A stretch of DNA of 64,000 nucleotides from Patescibacteria group bacterium (GTDB lineage: Bacteria; Patescibacteriota; Minisyncoccia; Phycocordibacterales; CAIRYW01). The position numbers were made by a program, and so were the translations under genes. Positions 36,145-44,272 of this stretch are shown in pieces. The stretch covers positions 19,887-83,886 of the forward strand of contig JAZKAJ010000005.1 in assembly GCA_040389185.1 (NCBI GenBank). Reading direction: 5' to 3'. The stretch's first letter is position 1; every line of letters begins with the position of its first letter. The notes under the pieces were generated by a model. That model was not told the DNA's origin and made no database searches. It worked only from the letters and a program-made list of their open reading frames with translations.

Positions 36145-37353
36145 TTATTTTTCGAGAAGTGTTAGCAATGCGTCTAAAGCATCTTCACAACCTTTCGAAT
36201 CCGGATTCACTGCCCTGACCTGGCGAAGCATCTTATCAATCGCATTATCTATCTCAGTCCATTTTGCTTGATTCATTGGCCTTAATTTTGCCTCTGCATT
36301 GTCCCATTCATACTCAAGATCAGAAACACGGGTCTTCGCACCAGAGAGATCACCTGCCGCCACAAACGCGCGCGTATCCTCAGTGATTTTTTTAAAGGTT
36401 GAAAGATCTCCTAATGGCAAAATTGTCGTGGCTGCAGTTGAAGATTCAACCGAAGAATTAATACTAGGGTGATTTGATATTTTGAGTGAATCCTGTCTCC
36501 AAACATATGCAGATATTCCCACAATAAGAAAGATAAGAACAGTTGCAATCGTTTGCTTAATCACCTTTCCCTCTTCCATCCCATCTTCTTTAGTATTTGC
36601 AATTTCAATGACATCTCGTTTAGTAAATGAAAGGAAGATAACAAGTCCAATAATACCAAAGATAAATAAAATACTTGTCATTGTTGCCCCGAGACCTAAT
36701 CCACCATATCTTGAAGGTTGAGAGAGATAATCCCCTATTGATGCCCCGAGTGGACGAGTCATTATATAGATAATCCAAAATGACAATACAGAATTCAGCC
36801 CAGCTCTACGACTGAGGGATGCCAAAAGAATTATAACTGCAACAATAATACCTGTTGTTAAGTAACCAAGACCTAAACTTTCTGCCATCAGATCCCCAGT
36901 AGCTGTACCAAGCGCAAATGTAAAAAGAATAGTAAGCCAGTAAAAAGACTCTCTTCGTTTTGTAAAGATTGAATGTATAGAAAGAGTCTTTTCAGATCGA
37001 TACCACAAAATAAATGTGAGGGCAAGAAGAATGCTAAATAATATGGTACTTGTCTCAAGCGGTACACCTATACTGTCTGTAAGATTATCTGTCACAAGTG
37101 TTCCAAACACACTAATGAATGCGGCAGTGAGCCAATAAACTCCTGGAATATATTTTGAGGCTTTGAACTGAAAGAAAAGTGCCGCCACAAGCAAAATTCC
37201 CATAATAATTGAAGTACCCGTGAGACCAATATTCAAATTAATATTCAAGAAATCAGCAAAAGTTTCCCCAACAGTAGTACACAGTACTTTAATGATCCAA
37301 AAATAAAGAGTGATCTCAGGAACCTTATTTAGTATTTTTTTTATTTCATTCAT
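36145..37353 (-). CDS. DUF347-repeat (COG4705-like) membrane protein with a C-terminal helical domain
   Basis: KVPEITLYFWIIK..TTVGET.AD, FALGTA.GD and TRPLGASIGD. Confidence 0.85.
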   Translation of the reverse strand: MNEIKKILNKVPEITLYFWIIKVLCTTVGETFADFLNINLNIGLTGTSIIMGILLVAALFFQFKASKYIPGVYWLTAAFISVFGTLVTDNLTDSIGVPLETSTILFSILLALTFILWYRSEKTLSIHSIFTKRRESFYWLTILFTFALGTATGDLMAESLGLGYLTTGIIVAVIILLASLSRRAGLNSVLSFWIIYIMTRPLGASIGDYLSQPSRYGGLGLGATMTSILFIFGIIGLVIFLSFTKRDVIEIANTKEDGMEEGKVIKQTIATVLIFLIVGISAYVWRQDSLKISNHPSINSSVESSTAATTILPLGDLSTFKKITEDTRAFVAAGDLSGAKTRVSDLEYEWDNAEAKLRPMNQAKWTEIDNAIDKMLRQVRAVNPDSKGCEDALDALLTLLEK

Positions 37354-37418
37354 AAACAGTAGTGTAACATTATATTATTATTGATGCAGAGTTACATGCC
37401 CATCTCTAATGGTAAGTT

Positions 37419-38192
37419 TTATTTAATACTTTCAATTGCGGCACGTACTGCAGCACACATCGCCTTCACTCGGCATTCAAGAGGAAAATCAGAAGAAGTC
37501 TCCAGGGTATAATTAACCGCTTTTTTCTTTTCAAAAAGATAGAGCGCCTCTGGCCAATGTTTTAGTGCATGGAGATCGGTCGGTACGCCAATAATTCCAT
37601 TTACCGCAGGGTACCCATCAATTTCTGAAGAATCATCAATTGGAAAAATTGATCTCACGCTTTCTAATATGTGATTTGCAACTGATTGGTTTCCCTGGTG
37701 TAATGCCTCGTACAAATAGAATCCTTTTGCACCCCAATCTTCATGAAGACATAAAGTGAGATCGTAATTCGGAGAAAGATCTAGCCATTCTACATGGGCA
37801 CAAATGAGAGATGTCTTGCAGTGATAATAATCTCTATTCAGATCAACACAGTCCTCATTCTCTCTTGTATTATTTTTAAATCCAGAAACATTAAGACAAG
37901 GAAAAATGTGAAATTCAATATTTTCTGGCCATGTATTTTTCTTTAATAGTTCTAAAATAGCCAAAGGCCCCGCAGGTTCATCACCATGAATACCGGCTGA
38001 AATGTATACTCTTTTCAGAGGCTCCTGAAATTGTTTTTTGAAAACAATTAATTCTTTTTCATTTGGGACAGGTATTTTTTCAACTATCCAACCAAACTGT
38101 ATCGCAGCCTCAGTACAGTTATCCAAAACACAATCAATATCTATTGTCTCACCGCAATAGCGGTCTTGATTGATATTTAGCTTTTTTGTCAT
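37419..38192 (-). CDS. M14-type zinc carboxypeptidase / deacylase
   Basis: GIHGDEPAG, DLNR, LHED and TLET. Confidence 0.85.
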   Translation of the reverse strand: MTKKLNINQDRYCGETIDIDCVLDNCTEAAIQFGWIVEKIPVPNEKELIVFKKQFQEPLKRVYISAGIHGDEPAGPLAILELLKKNTWPENIEFHIFPCLNVSGFKNNTRENEDCVDLNRDYYHCKTSLICAHVEWLDLSPNYDLTLCLHEDWGAKGFYLYEALHQGNQSVANHILESVRSIFPIDDSSEIDGYPAVNGIIGVPTDLHALKHWPEALYLFEKKKAVNYTLETSSDFPLECRVKAMCAAVRAAIESIK

Positions 38193-38286
38193 GATTTGTA
38201 TTATAATCTTGATTTATAGAAGGGCAATAGCATATAACAAGAAACAATCTTGGTAATTCTTAGCCACTTCATCCGTCTACTTATTC

Positions 38287-38730
38287 ATGTATTTAGTCAA
38301 AAACAAAGGCTCCCAAAATCCGATACTCCGATATCTTGTTGCAGGGCCGCTCATCTGGCTTATGATCGTTCCCATTATAGCTGCAGATATTCTTGTCGAA
38401 ATTTATCATCGCATCTGTTTCCCTATTTATGGCATACGATTGGTCAAACGCTCACAGTATATTCGCATCGTAGACAGAGCCAAACTCCCCTACCTCACAT
38501 GGTCAGAAAAAATAGGATGTGCTTATTGTGGGTACATGAATGGATGGCTTCACTATGCATCAGTTATTGCAGGCAGAACGGAAAATTATTTTTGTGCAAT
38601 AAGTCATCTTGAAGCTCGAGGTTATGTTCCATCCGAGCATGAAAAATCATTTATCAAATATGGTGATGGTAGCGCACTCAAAAAAAGATATGCAAATCAT
38701 GAATTAAAATATGGTAAAGAGATAGAGTAA
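38287..38730 (+). CDS. Conserved hypothetical membrane protein
   Basis: TM segment, ICFPIYGI, CAYCGY.NG and E.YFC motifs. Confidence 0.75.
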   Translation: MYLVKNKGSQNPILRYLVAGPLIWLMIVPIIAADILVEIYHRICFPIYGIRLVKRSQYIRIVDRAKLPYLTWSEKIGCAYCGYMNGWLHYASVIAGRTENYFCAISHLEARGYVPSEHEKSFIKYGDGSALKKRYANHELKYGKEIE

Positions 38731-38789
38731 ACACATTTAATATGTAATTTGTTCCACCTCTCTCCGTCATCTATATTGTAACTCTTTAA

Positions 38790-38853
38790 TTCCAACGAGC
38801 GAGGAGCGCGTGAACGAGTACTCTCGTACACAGCGTCCGAGTCGAAGTTGGAA
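38790..38853. repeat. Short copy of the TTCCAAC..GTTGGAA element
   Basis: 7-bp terminal inverted repeats; reverse complement shares three blocks with 39832-40098. Confidence 0.7.
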
Positions 38854-38891
38854 CAAAGGGTATTTACCCTTTATTAAATAATCAATCTATT

Positions 38892-39047
38892 ATGTTATTA
38901 CAACTTCTCGTGGTTATTGTCGTCCTCTGGGTCATTTATGCGTATCTACTTCCCCTTTTGCCAGAAAAAATAAGGACTCCTGTTCAAATCGTGTTGGTAG
39001 TGATCGTAATTGTCTGGCTACTTCGACTTGCGGGACTTGGATTTTAA
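38892..39047 (+). CDS. 51-aa two-TM microprotein (Thivi_2564-like)
   Basis: MLLQLLVVIVVLWVIYAYLLPLLPEKIRTPVQIVLVVIVIVWLLRLAGLGF; terminator at 39068-39098. Confidence 0.7.
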   Translation: MLLQLLVVIVVLWVIYAYLLPLLPEKIRTPVQIVLVVIVIVWLLRLAGLGF

Positions 39048-39179
39048 TTCCTTTATACAAGTCAACAAAGAAATGTCCGCTCGCGGGCATTTTCTTTTGC
39101 AAATTTTCTGTAATCTTTCTAGCGATTTCCCGTCGTATATTATATATTAATTGAGTTTTTATTAATTAATTTTTATATC

Positions 39180-39575
39180 ATGAACAAAAATAAAGTTGTG
39201 CATTTTGAGATCGTCGCTATAGACCCACAAAGGGCCATCGAATTTTATACAAAAGTCTTTGGGTGGGAATTCAAGAAATGGGAAGGAGGAGAAATGGATT
39301 ATTGGATGGTTTTAACTGTACCCCAAAACACCCCAGGTGCCATTAATGGAGGACTTCGAAAGGAAATGGAAACAGATATTAAAGAACGTACAAAAAGTGT
39401 GAATGCTTTTGTGAGTATCATAGCCGTCGAATCCATTGATGATATTTTGAAGGGTATAGAAGAAAATGGTGGAGAGATAATGCAGCCAAAAATGAAAATT
39501 GAAAAAATGGGATGGCTCGCGTATTGCTATGATACAGAAGGCAATATGATAGGAATAATGGAACCCGATATGTAA
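39180..39575 (+). CDS. VOC family protein
   Basis: VVHFEI, FYTKVFGW, INGGL and DTEGN. Confidence 0.9.
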   Translation: MNKNKVVHFEIVAIDPQRAIEFYTKVFGWEFKKWEGGEMDYWMVLTVPQNTPGAINGGLRKEMETDIKERTKSVNAFVSIIAVESIDDILKGIEENGGEIMQPKMKIEKMGWLAYCYDTEGNMIGIMEPDM

Positions 39576-39615
39576 TTTCTATATAATATATTTATTATTA
39601 AATAATCTATTCTCT

Positions 39616-39807
39616 ATGACAAAGACAACTTATCTCACTATTGTATCTATAATATTCTTTATAGTAGGTGTCGTTCATATTATAAGAATAATAAATGGAG
39701 CAGCAATAAACATTGAAGGTTTTGAGGTGCCAATGATTGCAAGCTGGATCGGCGCAATAGTAGCTCTCTTTCTCTCCTATCAAGGAACTCAATTAAGAAA
39801 TAAATAA
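39616..39807 (+). CDS. Small two-TM membrane protein
   Basis: IFFIVGVVHIIRI ... VPMIASW. Confidence 0.7.
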   Translation: MTKTTYLTIVSIIFFIVGVVHIIRIINGAAINIEGFEVPMIASWIGAIVALFLSYQGTQLRNK

Positions 39808-39831
39808 AGGGCCGCAGAGCGGGGCCCTTTA

Positions 39832-40098
39832 TTCCAACTCGACATTGTTTTCTTATGAGCAAAGCGAATTAGAAAACAAGAAGTACTCTTGTGGCGTAAG
39901 AGTACTCGTTCCACGCTTTCCTTACAGGAACTGTGTCGTAGATATTTTTCTTATGAAAAATTCTACCACCCTGACTCGCACCGTCGTGCTCCGTCTCTAA
40001 ATTCTTCCAAGTATTCAGAATTCAGCCTTTTGGATTGAGTACAATCTCAAAAGTCTTCTAAAGCTCCATGCATTCGCTTTTCACCTCGCTCGTTGGAA
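39832..40098. repeat. Long, multi-hairpin copy of the TTCCAAC..GTTGGAA element
   Basis: TTCCAACTCGAC..GAGTACTCGTTCCACGC..CCTCGCTCGTTGGAA with several internal stems. Confidence 0.7.
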
Positions 40099-40168
40099 AT
40101 AACATAGTAAAAAAACAAATCACTACCTCTTGAGGTAGTGATTTGTTTTTATTATGTTATAAACTATC

Positions 40169-40399
40169 TTACTTTGTTGTTGCTTGTCCAGAGGTTCCAT
40201 CTCCCCCTCCACTTGGAAGCTTCACATTTACATCGAGACTGCCTGCATTGTTCTGTGGTGCTGCAGGTGCTTGTGCTCTCATTCGCGGAAACCCATACAT
40301 AAAGAAGAGTGCTCCAAGAACAATAACTACTATTAATACCACTACTGCTCCCATACCGCCGCCATCTCCGTTCCCTGGATTATTAACTATTGTTGTCAT
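40169..40399 (-). CDS. Small single-TM protein
   Basis: Gly-rich N-terminus, one TM, DVNVKLP tail. Confidence 0.7.
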   Translation of the reverse strand: MTTIVNNPGNGDGGGMGAVVVLIVVIVLGALFFMYGFPRMRAQAPAAPQNNAGSLDVNVKLPSGGGDGTSGQATTK

Positions 40400-40607
40400 A
40401 AAAAATTAGAATTAGCTTATTAATTTCTCCCATACTATAAGACGAAGTGTAAACTTAATTATTACCATAAATTATTAATTTAAAGCTTTTTAAGTAATCA
40501 AAATTTAGAATGATGATAAGTAAATTAGAAAATTATACTCCCGCATGAGCACGGGCAGGGAATTATTTTTTTGACAAAAGGCTCTCAAAATGAGATTGTG
40601 TGTCTAG

Positions 40608-41084
40608 ATGAAAACACACCAAGCAAGCAAAACCAGCTTTTTTCAAAGATATGAGCAGGCTTATATCTCAAGGCAGATTAAGAATCCTGATAAAGGAAGT
40701 AATTTTGAAATAGCATCACGCTACTTCAGATGGCTTCCAGAGTATTTGCTAATCCAGCTTCTCAAAATTGCAAAATACGACGGTATTCTGTTTTATGAGA
40801 ATGATCAAATTATCGGCCACATCTTCTACCAAAAACATCCGGAAGGATGGAAAGTGTTCTCGGTGCATGTTTCAGACAACCTTCGCGGAAAAGGATACGG
40901 CCAAAAAATGATCTCAACATTCCTCATCACTGCTCACAATCAAGGTTTGAAGAGAGTCAGGATTGGCGCCGGAGGGAGTGTTACCCTAGAGCACATCTGC
41001 ACAAAAGTCATTTCTGGCGGACTTACACTCCCCTTCAAAGTAAGGAGAGGTGATACTACTGGGTGGCTCAATTTTGTTCAATAA
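40608..41084 (+). CDS. GNAT family N-acetyltransferase
   Basis: VHVSDNLRGKGYG acetyl-CoA motif A; own TTGACA promoter. Confidence 0.75.
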   Translation: MKTHQASKTSFFQRYEQAYISRQIKNPDKGSNFEIASRYFRWLPEYLLIQLLKIAKYDGILFYENDQIIGHIFYQKHPEGWKVFSVHVSDNLRGKGYGQKMISTFLITAHNQGLKRVRIGAGGSVTLEHICTKVISGGLTLPFKVRRGDTTGWLNFVQ

Positions 41085-41150
41085 CGGAGTTAAGGACAAC
41101 ATCACAAAGGCTTCATCATATGCGACAGCATGTAATGAAGTTTTTTTTAT

Positions 41151-41669
41151 TTACATTACAATCTCACTTTGAAAGATACTTTTAAGAGCGTCTTTGATCT
41201 CTTTGTCTTCTCCCATATAAAACACAATCACTTTTTCATTGCTGTAGAGGTGAACATCTTTCTTCCAAGAACCATATTCTGTTTTTGAGCTTTTCTTGAA
41301 TGCTTCCTCGTCAGTTATCAAAGCGTCAATGTTGTCATATTCATATACCTTTATATTGCTATGAGCGAGCGTAATCATCTTTCCTTCAACCGTAAAGAAT
41401 GCTCTTGTGTTGTTCGCTACCACTTCAGGATTTAAACGGAGCTGCTTTAAACTATCAACAAGATCATTTGTGCCTGGACCAATATTTTTAACTGGATTTT
41501 GTCCTAAGATATTACTCCCCAATGTATCAGCAAGCGCAGTGGTGTTTGAGAATAAACCAGATTGAAAGAAGTGAAAAAATGAAGTAATTACCCAAAGAAG
41601 ACTGAGACCTAAGATGAGGAGGTGTTTAGTGTGACTTTTCATATATCTCTGCATTGTGACGGTTTCCAT
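41151..41669 (-). CDS. Hypothetical membrane-anchored or secreted protein
   Basis: N-terminal hydrophobic segment plus soluble domain. Confidence 0.65.
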   Translation of the reverse strand: METVTMQRYMKSHTKHLLILGLSLLWVITSFFHFFQSGLFSNTTALADTLGSNILGQNPVKNIGPGTNDLVDSLKQLRLNPEVVANNTRAFFTVEGKMITLAHSNIKVYEYDNIDALITDEEAFKKSSKTEYGSWKKDVHLYSNEKVIVFYMGEDKEIKDALKSIFQSEIVM

Positions 41670-41790
41670 ACTAATGATGTCGTTTCAAAATGAAAAATAT
41701 TACACAATACCCATAGTAAAGATGGTGAGAAACTGGAATTATAATTAAAATTAAGGTACAATGTCCTTATAATCGTTAAATTAAATTTTT

Positions 41791-41931
41791 ATGGCAAAAA
41801 GAACAGGATCAATAAGCAGACTCACAACTTTGAGTCTCAAAGGGCCTCGAAAGACAAAAAAGAGACTCGCAATCAAGAAAGCAAAGATTGCAAAGAAGAC
41901 TGCAAACAAGAGATACAATAAAGGTAAATAA
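41791..41931 (+). CDS. 46-aa very basic microprotein
   Basis: MAKRTGSISRLTTLSLKGPRKTKKRLAIKKAKIAKKTANKRYNKGK; stop runs into a long terminator. Confidence 0.65.
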   Translation: MAKRTGSISRLTTLSLKGPRKTKKRLAIKKAKIAKKTANKRYNKGK

Positions 41932-41980
41932 TCTCAAAATAAAAAACCCCTCGAAAGAGGGGGTTTTTTATTTTGAGATT
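41929..41980. terminator. Bidirectional terminator
   Basis: TAATCTCAAAATAAAAAACCCCTC-GAAA-GAGGGGGTTTTTTATTTTGAGATTA. Confidence 0.8.
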
Positions 41981-41985
41981 ATGTC

Positions 41986-42165
41986 TTATTTTGTCTTCGC
42001 CTTTACTTCTCCTTCTGTCTTTGCCTTTCCTAGAATACAGTACATTCCTGTTCCGCAAACAGGACACTTTCCTTTCATAGCCTTTCGTCCATTCTTCATT
42101 TCTACCTCTTTTGCCTCTGACATTTCCTGTTTTGCCTTACATTTAACACAATATGCTGTTGCCAT
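41986..42165 (-). CDS. DUF5679 zinc-ribbon protein
   Basis: AYCVKCK..MKNGR.A.KGKCPVCGT.M. Confidence 0.85.
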   Translation of the reverse strand: MATAYCVKCKAKQEMSEAKEVEMKNGRKAMKGKCPVCGTGMYCILGKAKTEGEVKAKTK

Positions 42166-42338
42166 AGTTATAAATTTAATTTCTAATGTATTTACTATAG
42201 CATATAATGCAATTTTAATACACAACTGTCCACAGAGGAGACTAAATGCCTGTCATAACATTGTTCAAGCATCGTCTTAATAATTAAGTCGAGTCGACGA
42301 ATTTAGTATTTATTAATATTAATAACTTACATAATTTT

Positions 42339-42458
42339 ATGTCACAAAAAAGAAATGACGGTGATGACCAAGATCCATCAACAGAGCCAAAAAAACCAGA
42401 ACAGGATAACGAGACTCCTCACCCAACTCCTTGGGGTGCAGGACCAGATACTGAATAA
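42339..42458 (+). CDS. 39-aa acidic, Pro-rich peptide
   Basis: MSQKRNDGDDQDPSTEPKKPEQDNETPHPTPWGAGPDTE; AT-rich leader and terminator at 42481-42513. Confidence 0.45.
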   Translation: MSQKRNDGDDQDPSTEPKKPEQDNETPHPTPWGAGPDTE

Positions 42459-42564
42459 GTAAACAATCTTTAGGTTCAGAAAAATACCCGATGCCGTAGG
42501 CATCGGGTATTTTGACATATTTTGCATACACGGTATTCTGTATGTATATAAATAATTTAAATAT

Positions 42565-44223
42565 ATGACCAAGCGAAATGCTCTTATCTCAGTTTCAGAC
42601 AAAGAAAACATTGTAGAATTTGCCAAAAGATTAATCGCACTCGATTTCAATGTCATAGCCTCAGGAGGAACAGCAAAACTCCTTGAATCAAGCGGAGTCA
42701 GAGTCACAAGCACCGCAGAAGTCATTAATATCTATGCGCGAGACATTCTGAAGAAAAATAATATAAAAATAACTCCAGAAATTGAGCATTCACTAGGTGG
42801 TGCAATCCTTGATCATCGTGTAGTTACCCTTTCACGCGAGATCCATGGCGGAATTCTTGCTCGAAAAGATCACATGGAAGAACTCTCAAAACTAATGATT
42901 CCGTGGATCGACCTTGTTTGCGTTGATTTCTACCCTTTTGAAAAGACAATCGCAAAACCAGGCATCACTATGTATGAAGCGATCGAACAAGATGATGTGG
43001 GGGGACCAACAATGATCCATTCAGCTGCCAAGGGAGCTCAAGAAGGTCGTATAGTTATAAGTGATCCAAAAGATCGTGACATAGTATTAGCACTTCTCGA
43101 ACAAAGTTCAGATCACGATCTCACACAAGAAAAGAAAAACGAACTCGCATCCAAAGCGGATTATATTGTCAGCCGTTATTGTATGATGGTCTCCACATAC
43201 AGAAGCGACAGAAATTTTGTGGGAATGTTCGGAGAAAAAGTCGCAGCATGTAAATACGGCGAGAATGCACACCAGACTCCAGCAGCACTGTATTCAAATG
43301 GAAGTAATGACCCACTTGCTCTCGATCAATTCGTCGTTGTTGAAGGAATGCTTCCAAGTTACAACAATTATTGTGATATTTATCGAATGACTCAGATCGC
43401 AACACATATTGCAGGAGCATTCGATAAAAACACAAAGAAAGTTCCATTTATGGCAATTGGAGTAAAGCACGGCAATCCTTGTGGCACAGCGATTGGCACA
43501 AATCCAAAACAAGTCTTGAAAAAAATGATGTCGGGAGATCCACTTTCAATATTCGGTGGACTCGTCATGACCAACTTCCCCATTGATGAAAAACTTGTGA
43601 GTGAACTTTCTGGCCGCATGCTTGATGGAATCATTGCCCCAGCATTTTCAAATGATGCGATCGAAAAATTGAAAAGAAAGGGTAACAAATGCCGATTTGT
43701 AGTGAACAAAGAACTATCAAAACTCTCAATTAAAAGTATCGACACTGCACCGTACTTTAGATATGTTCGTGGAGGATTCCTTGAACAGCCAAACTATACT
43801 TTTGTTATAGATCTCAAAGCACCTGAAATAAAACAATATGGAAAGATCTCACAGAGCCAAAAGAATGATCTCCTTCTTGCGTGGGCAATTGGATCTACCT
43901 CAAACAGCAACACAATTTCAATTGTTAAAAATGGTCAGCTGATTGGAAACGGTGTAGGTCAGCAGGACCGAGTAGGTGCAGCTAAACTCGCGCTCGAAAG
44001 AGCAAAGAGATCAAAGCACACACTCGCAGGCGCAAGTGCATTTAGCGACTCATTCTTCCCTTTCCCAGATGCACCAGAAGTACTCATAAAAGCCGGTATC
44101 AAAACGATCCTCAGTACAAGCGGTTCAGTGAAAGATGACCTCACGATCACTTTATGCCAGAAAAAAGGAACAGGTCTTATAATGATCCCCGACTCACTTG
44201 GACGAGGTTTTTTTGGGCACTAG
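42565..44223 (+). CDS. purH: Bifunctional AICAR transformylase/IMP cyclohydrolase-like protein
   Basis: ALISVSDK, KYGENAHQ, SYNN, KHGNPCG, GVGQQDRV and SDSFFPF. Confidence 0.9.
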   Translation: MTKRNALISVSDKENIVEFAKRLIALDFNVIASGGTAKLLESSGVRVTSTAEVINIYARDILKKNNIKITPEIEHSLGGAILDHRVVTLSREIHGGILARKDHMEELSKLMIPWIDLVCVDFYPFEKTIAKPGITMYEAIEQDDVGGPTMIHSAAKGAQEGRIVISDPKDRDIVLALLEQSSDHDLTQEKKNELASKADYIVSRYCMMVSTYRSDRNFVGMFGEKVAACKYGENAHQTPAALYSNGSNDPLALDQFVVVEGMLPSYNNYCDIYRMTQIATHIAGAFDKNTKKVPFMAIGVKHGNPCGTAIGTNPKQVLKKMMSGDPLSIFGGLVMTNFPIDEKLVSELSGRMLDGIIAPAFSNDAIEKLKRKGNKCRFVVNKELSKLSIKSIDTAPYFRYVRGGFLEQPNYTFVIDLKAPEIKQYGKISQSQKNDLLLAWAIGSTSNSNTISIVKNGQLIGNGVGQQDRVGAAKLALERAKRSKHTLAGASAFSDSFFPFPDAPEVLIKAGIKTILSTSGSVKDDLTITLCQKKGTGLIMIPDSLGRGFFGH

Positions 44224-44272
44224 AAGTGAAGTAGCGAATCTACCAAAATAATTCAGAAGTTAGACTTCTGAA

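Noticed and set aside
42225-42564. ZTP (pfl) riboswitch upstream of purH
   Set aside because: The conserved GACTGGCG..GCCTGGG elements are not present.
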